Source: an uncultured Methanosarcinales archaeon
Lineage (GTDB): Archaea; Nanobdellota; Nanobdellia; Woesearchaeales; JAGLXL01
Length of the DNA stretch: 40,814 bases
Assembly: GCA_964472345.1 (NCBI GenBank)
Contig: CAYYLB010000003.1
Span: 1 to 40,814, forward strand
Direction: 5' to 3'
The translations under genes and the position numbers were made by a program. The number at the start of each line of letters is the position of its first letter. Position 1 is the first letter of the stretch. Shown in pieces: positions 1 to 7,927 of this stretch. Below the pieces are notes generated by a model. It was given only the letters and a program-made list of their open reading frames with translations. It was not told the origin of the DNA and did no database searches.

Positions 1-11
1 AAAAAGCCCCT

Positions 12-536
12 TTACGGGCATGTGATGCGGACGGAGTAATCCCCGCCGCCTGCCAAGAGCTGCACGACTGCCCGCTTCGTGGCGGAATTGACCGGACCAA
101 GCCCGGTGCAGCGTGTGCTCTGTCCCGCGGCAAGGACCCTTGCATCGCATTGCGGGTTATCATCAGGCACAACGTTGAGGCGGAACTCCATCGCTTCGAC
201 ATCCCAGTCCTTGTCGGTCGGGTTCACCACCACGACGGTAATGGTGCCATCAGCACGGCACAGGACCTGGCTCAGGACTTCCGTATCACCAGCGAATGTC
301 ACCGGAACGGCACCGGTCATCTCGTTGCCCGCGGTGATCTCTTCAGGCTCTGCTCCGCTTTCCGCGACGGTCGCACCAGCCTCTTTCTTCTCCATTGCCG
401 GCTCCGCCGCCGGCTCAGGCATTGCTTTCTCCGGCGCAGCAGGCGCTGCCGCTGGCTCCTGCAGCCGGCATCCCGCCACGATGAGCGCAACAAGCGCAAG
501 TATTCCGACCAAACCTAGTACACTCCCTGCTTTCAT
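12..536 (-). CDS. Putative lipoprotein (lipobox, Pro/Ala/Glu linker, small Cys-containing beta-rich domain)
   Basis: Hydrophobic N-terminus ending in lipobox IVAGC; GGAGGGAG ribosome-binding site upstream; follows 551-1276 on the same strand. Confidence 0.7.
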   Translation of the reverse strand: MKAGSVLGLVGILALVALIVAGCRLQEPAAAPAAPEKAMPEPAAEPAMEKKEAGATVAESGAEPEEITAGNEMTGAVPVTFAGDTEVLSQVLCRADGTITVVVVNPTDKDWDVEAMEFRLNVVPDDNPQCDARVLAAGQSTRCTGLGPVNSATKRAVVQLLAGGGDYSVRITCP

Positions 537-550
537 AGGACTCCCTCCAT

Positions 551-1276
551 CTATTCGAGCCGGTACTGGCCCGGTAGTGTCACATCTGCCTCCTTGAGGC
601 TGTTGAACGCGACCTTCGTGAACGTGTGCTTTTCGAGCACCTCGTCATCATCGCCATAGATGCGCTGCTGCAGCGGCACGCCAAAAAATGAATCGACCGA
701 TAGCTGCTCACGGTGCCCGTCCTCATTCGTGAACTGGATAATGATGGTACTGCGCTCGTCAAACCGCTCGGTGCCGATTTTCTCAGCGCTTGTGACATCT
801 TTAAGCAGGTCAAACGGTGTCAGGACGGCGTTTTCCGCCGCGAAATTAAGGGGAATCGCCTTGTCACGATGCTCTGCTGCACAGCCTGCCGCGGCGGCGC
901 AGTGGGTATATGCCGTTTTCGCTGCCCGGTCAACATACACTGTTTCATAATAGGTCTCCAGCCCGAGGCGGGTGCGGAAAATCTCCTTCTTGAGCTTGTC
1001 TCCTTTGAGCCACATGATCACCGCGCTTGGCGTTCCGTCGTCCAAGACATACTGCAGCGACGTGACGGAACGGTGCTTCTCAAGCAGCTCCTTGATGAGC
1101 GGATCGATCGCCGGCTGCTGCGGCGCTGTCGCCACCGGCTGCGATGGCTGGGCGGCGGGCTGCTGAACGGCCGGCTGCGATGCGGGGGCCACGGGGGCCG
1201 GCTGCTGCTGCGGCACACAGGCAGCTACCACCAGAAGCAACACCATCCCGATGAGGGCGCTTTTGCTCAACTCCAT
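551..1276 (-). CDS. Putative lipoprotein with a LolA-like beta-sheet domain
   Basis: Lipobox VAAC, Gln/Pro linker, C-terminal pattern (SVDSFFGVPLQ...FTKVAFNSLKEADVTLP) resembling LolA-fold proteins; start set at ATG 1276, with TTTAAATA box at 1299-1306. Confidence 0.65.
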   Translation of the reverse strand: MELSKSALIGMVLLLVVAACVPQQQPAPVAPASQPAVQQPAAQPSQPVATAPQQPAIDPLIKELLEKHRSVTSLQYVLDDGTPSAVIMWLKGDKLKKEIFRTRLGLETYYETVYVDRAAKTAYTHCAAAAGCAAEHRDKAIPLNFAAENAVLTPFDLLKDVTSAEKIGTERFDERSTIIIQFTNEDGHREQLSVDSFFGVPLQQRIYGDDDEVLEKHTFTKVAFNSLKEADVTLPGQYRLE

Positions 1277-1429
1277 AACCCCGGGGGTGTGTTGCACTTA
1301 TTTAAATTTATCGAAAGCTTGGGGTGACAAATCCATTGACCCAAGACAGGGGTTGGTACGAAACTCCCAGCCACAAAATTTATTAAGCGCCGCTGCGTGC
1401 GGAGAGCAGAAAAAGAGGGAATCATAAGC

Positions 1430-1603
1430 ATGGTTGCAATCCTGACATCACGGCCGATCCTGCTGCTGGTGGGGCTCGGCATCACCTGCCCGGGCAGGAA
1501 GCTGCGGGCCCCCAATGTCCTCGGCTTGCTTCCCGCAGGCATCGTGCTCGCGGCAGCCTTGGCGCGCTGCTCAAGCTTTTTCGTAGGGGAGGCGCAGCGA
1601 TGA
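1430..1603 (+). CDS. Possible small hydrophobic protein
   Basis: 57-codon ORF after TATA-like TTTATTAA (1379-1386); ATGA overlap with the PIN gene; no recognisable family. Confidence 0.3.
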   Translation: MVAILTSRPILLLVGLGITCPGRKLRAPNVLGLLPAGIVLAAALARCSSFFVGEAQR

Positions 1604-1974
1604 AACGCGTCCTGCTTGACACGAACATGCTCATGGCCGTCGCGCAGTTCCGCGTCGACATCTTCCGGCAGCTGCAGGAGCTGTGCGATTTTACCTATGA
1701 GGTTGCGATCCTTGACAAGACCATTGCGGAGCTGGAGCACATCAAGGCGACGCAGCGCGGCGCAGCGCATGCGGCTGCCCGCGTCGCACTGCAGCTCGTG
1801 AAGCTCAAGAGAATGCATATCATCGAGACGCCGGAAGGGAAAGGCGTTGATGCGCTGCTCGCGGAGCTGTCACACCAGGGTGCGATCGTCGCCACCCAGG
1901 ACAAGGGGCTGAAGCAGCAGCTGAAGCGGCCGTACATCACCCTGCGGCAGAAGAGGCGTCTGGTGCTGCTGTAG
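1600..1974 (+). CDS. PIN-domain ribonuclease, Fcf1/Utp23-like archaeal family
   Basis: Motifs VLLDTN, acidic E and VD residues, VATQD; basic C-terminus. Confidence 0.85.
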   Translation: MKRVLLDTNMLMAVAQFRVDIFRQLQELCDFTYEVAILDKTIAELEHIKATQRGAAHAAARVALQLVKLKRMHIIETPEGKGVDALLAELSHQGAIVATQDKGLKQQLKRPYITLRQKRRLVLL

Positions 1975-2098
1975 TGGACGGCAGTTGTTGGGCGCCATCG
2001 TGCTCTGCGTGATGCCCGACGCAAAAAACGCCGAAGCAAAAAGCTTATATATCGGTTGCTCCATTTCCTTAGCAAAAAATCGGAGGAGCGTGGTCATC

Positions 2099-2281
2099 AT
2101 GAACGAATGGTTCCTACCCACATTGGACGAGGGTGATGATTCTTTTGACGACTTTGACGACGATGAGGATGAGGACGAAGACGGCGATGACGATGAAGGC
2201 GAGGAAGGGGGCGGCGATGAAGATGAAGGGGAGGGCGATGACAAATCCGAAGAAGAGGAGGTCGACGACGAAGACTTCTGA
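2099..2281 (+). CDS. 60-aa extremely acidic low-complexity protein
   Basis: ATG after GGAG; CTTATATA box at 2044-2051; mixed GAC/GAT/GAA/GAG codons; oligo-T terminator directly after the stop. Confidence 0.6.
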   Translation: MNEWFLPTLDEGDDSFDDFDDDEDEDEDGDDDEGEEGGGDEDEGEGDDKSEEEEVDDEDF

Positions 2282-2282
2282 T

Positions 2283-2302
2283 TCTGTTTTTTCCTTTTTT
2301 TC
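2283..2302 (+). terminator. Archaeal oligo-T terminator
   Basis: Pyrimidine tract with two long T runs immediately after the stop codon of 2099-2281. Confidence 0.55.
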
Positions 2303-2346
2303 CAGTTCCACAAGCTTTATAAAAGCGGAGCATGTTGCAGCCTGCT

Positions 2347-2763
2347 ATGGGAGAGAATGATGACTGCATCTTCTGCAAGATTACGGGCAACCAGATTCCA
2401 AGCTCGAAGATCCTCGAGAACGGCAAGGTGGTTGCGTTTCTGGACATCAACCCGGTGAACAAGGGGCACGCGCTCGTCGTTCCCAAAGAGCATTTCAAAA
2501 CGCTGCTTGAGGCTCCTGACGGCACCCTGACCGAGATGATGGTCGCAGCCAAGCGCATCGCGAAGAGCATGCGGAAGGCGATCAAGGCGGACGGCATCAA
2601 CCTGGGAATGAACAACTTTCCCGCGGCAGGGCAGGAAGTCATGCACGCGCATATCCATGTCATCCCCCGCTTCGAGAATGACGGGCTGCAGCACTGGCCG
2701 GCGAAGAAGTACGACGAAGGCGAGATGGAGCAGCTCCGGGAGAAAATCTCAGCGCTGCTCTAA
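2347..2763 (+). CDS. hit: HIT family nucleotide hydrolase
   Basis: CIFC Zn motif, FLDINP, GHALVVPK, histidine triad HAHIH; TTTATAAA at 2316-2323. Confidence 0.93.
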   Translation: MGENDDCIFCKITGNQIPSSKILENGKVVAFLDINPVNKGHALVVPKEHFKTLLEAPDGTLTEMMVAAKRIAKSMRKAIKADGINLGMNNFPAAGQEVMHAHIHVIPRFENDGLQHWPAKKYDEGEMEQLREKISALL

Positions 2764-2801
2764 CAGCCCATGTGCGCGGCATGAGCAGCGCGCTTCCAAA
2801 G

Positions 2802-2901
2802 NNNNNNNNNNNNNNNNNNNNNNNNNNNNNNNNNNNNNNNNNNNNNNNNNNNNNNNNNNNNNNNNNNNNNNNNNNNNNNNNNNNNNNNNNNNNNNNNNNN
2901 N
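2802..2901. other. Scaffold gap (100 N)
   Basis: Run of N; CTTCCAAAG occurs on both sides (2793-2801 and 2902-2910). Confidence 0.95.
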
Positions 2902-2915
2902 CTTCCAAAGAAATG

Positions 2916-2923
2916 TTTATATA
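2916..2923 (+). promoter_or_regulatory. TATA box of the tRNA(CAT) gene
   Basis: TTTATATA preceded by an A-rich BRE, 25 nt upstream of the tRNA 5' end. Confidence 0.7.
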
Positions 2924-2948
2924 ACATCTTCTTCTCGCGCAGCCTGAT

Positions 2949-3075
2949 GGCGAGGTAGTTTAGCCTGGCGGAACGCCGCTCTCATAACCAGGTGGGTCAG
3001 GCGGATGTCGTGGGTTCAAATCTCTTCAGCTCCGCTGAACGGGACTGAATGGGAGTGAGAGTCCCGCCCTCGCCA
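2949..3075 (+). tRNA. tRNA-Met(CAT), probably elongator, with two introns (37/38 at 2987-2998; 59/60 at 3021-3061)
   Basis: Acceptor GGCGAGG/CCTCGCC+A, D stem GTTT/GAAC, anticodon stem CCGCT/GGCGG, T stem GTGGG/CCCGC; both inserts form BHB-like motifs (CTCA/TGGG and TTCA/TGAG helices with 3-nt bulges). Confidence 0.88.
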
Positions 3076-3794
3076 TTTTTCCGCTGCAGCAGCGCAAGGC
3101 ATTTCTCGGCAAGCTGGTGCAGGTTGACGGCGTCTTCCTCATTGTACTGCACCAGGAGCTCAAGGTATTCCTTATCACCCGAAGCAAGAAACGCTTTCCA
3201 CGCATCGGCCGCCGAGCCGCGCAGGTGCGCCGGCCGCGCGATGCCGAGCTGCCGCTCGATATCCTTCAGGCCGCCGCGAAGGCCAAGGCGCTCACACAGG
3301 GGCTTCAGGTCAAAATGGGGGATCGCGAGCCTCTTGCCGAGGAACTTCTCAAGCTTCGGGATGTCGAACGCGCTGCCGTTGTAGGTGACGAGCAGCTTGC
3401 AGCGCTGCAATTCCTGCTGCACCGCAGACTGTTCGAGCTGCATCCCCCTGACGAGCGTTGCGCTCCGGAACCGGTCGGAGAGCGTGAGCACGATGATGCT
3501 TCCGTCCGTGCCGACTTCAAGATCAAGGAAGCACGCATGCTCCCTGAATGAGAGATAGAGCCTCCACATCTCGCGCTGCAGCAGCCGCTGGGCGAAGAAC
3601 GCAAGGTCATGCTGCGCGAGCGCGCGCTCCGCGAGCTGCAGCTGACGGTTGTAGAAGAGCTTGCGCTTCGGCGAGACGCCGGCGATGGCCGCGGTGCGTA
3701 AAAAATCGTCCCACGTACGGACGCCGAGCGCTGCGAGGCGCTCTTCTGTCTTGGTGCCAACGCCTGCAAGGAATGTGAAGCAGCGGTCAAGCAT
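2997..3794 (-). CDS. YprB-like RNase H-fold (DEDD) exonuclease with N-terminal helix-hairpin-helix
   Basis: FLAGVG HhH, FLDLE, TYNGSAFD and YNEED motifs. Confidence 0.85.
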   Translation of the reverse strand: MLDRCFTFLAGVGTKTEERLAALGVRTWDDFLRTAAIAGVSPKRKLFYNRQLQLAERALAQHDLAFFAQRLLQREMWRLYLSFREHACFLDLEVGTDGSIIVLTLSDRFRSATLVRGMQLEQSAVQQELQRCKLLVTYNGSAFDIPKLEKFLGKRLAIPHFDLKPLCERLGLRGGLKDIERQLGIARPAHLRGSAADAWKAFLASGDKEYLELLVQYNEEDAVNLHQLAEKCLALLQRKNGEGGTLTPIQSRSAELKRFEPTTSA

Positions 3795-3868
3795 GGTGCG
3801 GGAAGCGGCGGTGAGAGTACGGGGAAACAAAACTGATGTGATGTCTCTTACAAGCGAGGCCCAGCGGT

Positions 3869-4123
3869 TCAAGCGCCATCATTCGTTTTCGTGAGCTTCT
3901 CCTTCAGCTCCCTGTTGATCTCGATGAGCCGCTTCGCGTGCCGGCCCATCTCCTGGCGCTTCCCTGCCTGCGTGAGCGCGCTCTTGAGCAGCAGCGCGTT
4001 CTGGGCGCGCAGCTCATCGATCATCTTTTCCTTCTCGCGCAGCAGCCCCTCGTACTGGCGGCGGACGCGCCTGAGCTCAGCGACTGAAACCCTGTTTCCC
4101 AGCAGCCATTGCAGGACTGGCAT
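3869..4123 (-). CDS. Small coiled-coil hypothetical protein
   Basis: 84-aa helical ORF; TATA-like element near 4163-4170. Confidence 0.6.
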   Translation of the reverse strand: MPVLQWLLGNRVSVAELRRVRRQYEGLLREKEKMIDELRAQNALLLKSALTQAGKRQEMGRHAKRLIEINRELKEKLTKTNDGA

Positions 4124-4301
4124 GGAACCACCCCGGATGCTGCCACTCCCGGCGCGCCGAGGTTTATATAGTTTTGCGCAGCTTTTTCTGTTTAGTCATA
4201 GAAATCAAACCGCACGCTGCCGGGCAACTGGGCGCAGCAACAATGGGACACGACAGACATTCGCTACCGCCGTTCACGAAAGGGGCGCTCAGGGAAAAAC
4301 A

Positions 4302-4871
4302 TCATCCGCTTCTTTTTTCCTCGAGATATCTGTAGATCGGCTGCTGCTCTTTCATCGAGAGCTCGCGGTTCGCGAAGCGCGCCATCACATACAGCAGATC
4401 CGAAAGCCGGTTCACATACTTCAGCACTTCCGGGTTTGTCTCCATCGTTTCCGCAAAGCGCACCAGCACGCGCTCCGCCCTGCGGCATACCGTCCGCGCG
4501 AAATGCAGGAAAACGCTCGCGCGCGTGCCGTTGGGGAGGATGAAAGCGGTCTGCTCGCTCAGCGGCAGGGAGATCTCATCAATCGCGTCCTCGAGCGCCT
4601 TGACATGGGCTGCAATCGTCTTGGGCATGGCTTTCCTGCCGCGGAAGGTCAGCGAGGCGAGCTCTGCCCCAACGGTGAAGAGGTCATTCTGCACCTGCAG
4701 CAGCAGCCTGCGGAGCCTTTCCTCCTCGACGAAGGAAAGCGCGACGCCGAGCACGGCGTTCAGCTCATCGAGCGTCCCGTAGACCTCGATGCGGAGGTCG
4801 CTCTTCCGGACGCGCTCTCCGCCATAGAAGCTCGTCTCGCCGCTGTCGCCGGTCTTGGTGTAGATCTTCAC
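4302..4871 (-). CDS. pduO: ATP:cob(I)alamin adenosyltransferase, PduO type
   Basis: KIYTKTGDSGET, YGTLDELN, ARTVCRRAER and NRLSDLLY motifs; GTG start 11 nt after the nrdJ stop. Confidence 0.93.
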   Translation of the reverse strand: MKIYTKTGDSGETSFYGGERVRKSDLRIEVYGTLDELNAVLGVALSFVEEERLRRLLLQVQNDLFTVGAELASLTFRGRKAMPKTIAAHVKALEDAIDEISLPLSEQTAFILPNGTRASVFLHFARTVCRRAERVLVRFAETMETNPEVLKYVNRLSDLLYVMARFANRELSMKEQQPIYRYLEEKRSG

Positions 4872-4882
4872 CGCGCTGCACC

Positions 4883-7800
4883 CTAGCTGCACCCGCCGGT
4901 TGAGCCGCAGGCATCGCAGATGGTGCAGACGCCGTTGCGCCGCACGAGCTTCGCGCCGCAGCTGCCGCAGGGTTCGTCGCCCATGTAGCCGGCACTTTTC
5001 ACGTCGCCGATCTGGTCGGCGTGATCGGCGGCGCTGCCTTCATTCGGGCCGCCATTGAGCTGCGCGAGAAGCGGCTGCTCGAGCACATCAGGAGGCTGCT
5101 GGGCGGGTTGCGGGGCAGGCTGCTCGGCGAGGGCGGGCTCTTCCGCCGCCGCGCCTGCTTCCGCCTCTTCCTGCTCGAGGATGCGCTTCAGCTCGGGGTG
5201 CTCCTCAAATGTGGTGTTCAGCGGCTGGGAGAGCTTGCTACCGTCGCGGTATAATGCGACCGCCTTGCTCATGTGCTGCCAGGCGAAAGAGTACGCGGCC
5301 TTGATTTCCTCGACGGTCGATTCGCGGGGCATGTTGATTGTCTTGCTGATGGCGCCCGAGATGAACGGCTGCACCGCAGTGACCATCTTCAGGTGCCCAT
5401 AAGGGTCAATGAAGCGCCGGCCGTTCGGGCCGCACTTGCTGGCGCAATCGAACACCGGCAGATGCTCCTCCTTCAGGAATGGCGCGCCCTCGACGGCCAT
5501 CATGCCGCAGACGTATGCGTTTGCCTGCGCAATCTCCTCCCCGGAGAAGCCGAGCGCCCCGAGCATGTCAAAGCCCGGATCATTGAGCTGCTCTTCAGAG
5601 AACCCAAGGTGCCTGCAGAATTCCGTGCCGAGCACCCACTGCGTGAACGCGTATCGCAGCTCGGACACATGCGGCAGCTGCTTTTCGAGCGCTGCGAGCT
5701 GCTCATCGCCGAAGCCCCTCGCGCGGAGCGCTTCGTTGCTGACGGCAAGGGAGCTGTGCAGCGCCCCGTGGCCGACGCAGTAGTCGACGATGGCCGTGAT
5801 CTGCTGTTCATCATAGCCGAGCCGCTTCAACGCCTTGGGCACGGACTGGTTGACAATCTTGAAATAGCCGCCGCCGGCGAGCTTCTTGAACTTCACCAGC
5901 GCGTAATCCGGCTCAACGCCCGTCGTGTCGCAGTCCATGACGAGGCCTATCGTCCCGGTGGGAGCGATCACCGTCACCTGTGCATTGCGGTAGCCGTGCT
6001 GCTCGCCCCAGGCAAGCGCCTTGTCCCACGCCTCCTGCGCGGCACGGAGCAGCGCCGGCGGGCAGAGCTGCTGGTCGATCGCATCCGGCGTTGCGCTGAG
6101 CATCTCATACTCATGCTGGCCGTACGCCGCGCGGCGATGGTTGCGGATCACCCGCAGCATGTGCTTCTTATTGCGCGCAAAGCCAGGGAATGGCCCGAGC
6201 GCGCGTGCGAGCTCCGCGCTGGTCGCATACGACTCGCCGCACATGATGGCAGTCAGCGCTCCGGCGATTGCGCGGCCGAGATCGCTGTCATACGGGATTC
6301 CGGTGCGCATCAGCACGCTCCCGACATTCGCATAGCCCAGCCCGAGAGTCCGGAACTCATAGCTCCTGAGCGCGACCTGCCTGCTCGGGAAATGCGCCAT
6401 GAGGACGGAAATCTCGAGAATGATCGTCCACAGGCGGATCGCGTGCTTATATCCATCGATGTCGAAGGCGCCGACGTCATCGTGGTACAGCGCGCCAAGG
6501 TTGATGCTTGCCAGGTTGCAGGCGGTGTCATCGAGGAACATATATTCGCTGCAGGGGTTGCTCGCATTGATGCGCCCGTCTTCGGGGCAGGTGTGCCATT
6601 CGTTGATGGTGGTGTCATACTGCACGCCCGGATCGGCGCTTGCCCATGCGCAGTAGCCGATGTCTTCCCAGAGCTTTTTGGCGGGAACGAGCTTCATGAC
6701 CTCTCCGCCCGTGCGGGCTTTCAGCGCCCAGAGCTCATCTTTGGCAAGCGCATCGAAAAACGCGTTCGGGATGCGGACGCTGTTGTTGCTGTTCTGCCCG
6801 CTGACCGTCAGGTACGCTTCGCGGTTGTAGTCCGTGTCAAACAGCTCAAGCTGCATCGAGCGCCCTTCCTGCGCGAGATCCATGGTGCGCACGAGATAGT
6901 TCAACGGGACACTGTCGCGAGCCGCTTCGCGCACCGCCTGCGCAAGGGCCTTGTTCTGCAGCAGGTCAGCGCCGTGCTGCGCGAGCTGCGTGATGCGGCC
7001 GAGATGCTGCTTCAGCACCGCGCTCCCGGTCACGAGCGAAGCGACTTTCTCCTCTTCGCGCACTTTCCACCAGATGAATGTCTCAATCTCAGGATGGTCA
7101 AGGTCGAGGCAGACCATCTTTGCCGCGCGCCGCGTGGTCCCGCCGGACTTGATGGAGCCTGCGGCGCGGTCAAACACCTTCAGAAAGGACATCAATCCGG
7201 AGCTCATGCCGCCGCCGGAGAGCTTTTCGCCTGCAGCACGCAGAGCTGAAAAGTTCGTTCCCGTGCCGCTGCCATACTTGAAGATGCGCGCCTCACGCGT
7301 CAGCAGGTCAAAGATGCCGCCTTCGTTCACGAGATCATCATTGAGCGCCTGGATGAAGCACGCATGGACCTGGCCGTGGGTGTACGCATCCTCTGACTGC
7401 TTCAGCTGCCTCGTTTCGGGATCAACGTAGTAATGCCCCTGCGCAGGGCCCTTGATGCCGTAGGCCCACGCCAGGCCGGTGTTGAACCACTGCGGCGAAT
7501 TCGGGGCAGCAGTCTGCGTGAGGAGCATCGAAACAACCTCATCATAGAATGCCTGCGCATCTGCCGGCGACGCAAAGTAGCCGTGCTTCTCTCCCCAGAA
7601 GCGCCAGCAGCCTGCAAGGCGGTGCACGACCTGCTTGACGCTCCTCTCCGGCCCGTAGATGGTATTGCCGCCTGCATCGCGGTAAGGGATGCCTGCCTTG
7701 CGGAAGTATTTCTGCGCGAGGATGTCCGTCGCGACCTGGGACCATGATGAGGGAACCTCGACGTCGTGCATCTCGAACACGACGCTTCCGTCGGGATTGC

Positions 7801-7927
7801 GGATGATGGAGGAGCGCTTGTCGTACGTGACGCTCAGATAGGGATCCTCTCCCTGCCGGGTGAAATGGCGCGGAATGCGCAGGCCGCGCTGGCTTCCTGA
7901 TGCCCCTGAACCGTGCATTGCTTCCAT
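4883..7927 (-). CDS. nrdJ: Class II (AdoCbl-dependent) ribonucleotide reductase, catalytically intact, no ATP cone
   Basis: APNSPQWFN, HAC(190)F, loop 2 KSGGTTRRAA, NPC(459)SE, C(470)NLAS, IAPTGT, SKTIN; C-terminal CxxC...CxxC...CS tail; GGAGGTG ribosome-binding site. Confidence 0.95.
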   Translation of the reverse strand: MEAMHGSGASGSQRGLRIPRHFTRQGEDPYLSVTYDKRSSIIRNPDGSVVFEMHDVEVPSSWSQVATDILAQKYFRKAGIPYRDAGGNTIYGPERSVKQVVHRLAGCWRFWGEKHGYFASPADAQAFYDEVVSMLLTQTAAPNSPQWFNTGLAWAYGIKGPAQGHYYVDPETRQLKQSEDAYTHGQVHACFIQALNDDLVNEGGIFDLLTREARIFKYGSGTGTNFSALRAAGEKLSGGGMSSGLMSFLKVFDRAAGSIKSGGTTRRAAKMVCLDLDHPEIETFIWWKVREEEKVASLVTGSAVLKQHLGRITQLAQHGADLLQNKALAQAVREAARDSVPLNYLVRTMDLAQEGRSMQLELFDTDYNREAYLTVSGQNSNNSVRIPNAFFDALAKDELWALKARTGGEVMKLVPAKKLWEDIGYCAWASADPGVQYDTTINEWHTCPEDGRINASNPCSEYMFLDDTACNLASINLGALYHDDVGAFDIDGYKHAIRLWTIILEISVLMAHFPSRQVALRSYEFRTLGLGYANVGSVLMRTGIPYDSDLGRAIAGALTAIMCGESYATSAELARALGPFPGFARNKKHMLRVIRNHRRAAYGQHEYEMLSATPDAIDQQLCPPALLRAAQEAWDKALAWGEQHGYRNAQVTVIAPTGTIGLVMDCDTTGVEPDYALVKFKKLAGGGYFKIVNQSVPKALKRLGYDEQQITAIVDYCVGHGALHSSLAVSNEALRARGFGDEQLAALEKQLPHVSELRYAFTQWVLGTEFCRHLGFSEEQLNDPGFDMLGALGFSGEEIAQANAYVCGMMAVEGAPFLKEEHLPVFDCASKCGPNGRRFIDPYGHLKMVTAVQPFISGAISKTINMPRESTVEEIKAAYSFAWQHMSKAVALYRDGSKLSQPLNTTFEEHPELKRILEQEEAEAGAAAEEPALAEQPAPQPAQQPPDVLEQPLLAQLNGGPNEGSAADHADQIGDVKSAGYMGDEPCGSCGAKLVRRNGVCTICDACGSTGGCS

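Noticed and set aside
2793..2910. 9-bp direct repeat around the N gap as a target-site duplication
   Set aside because: More simply a scaffolding overlap; the gap content is unknown.
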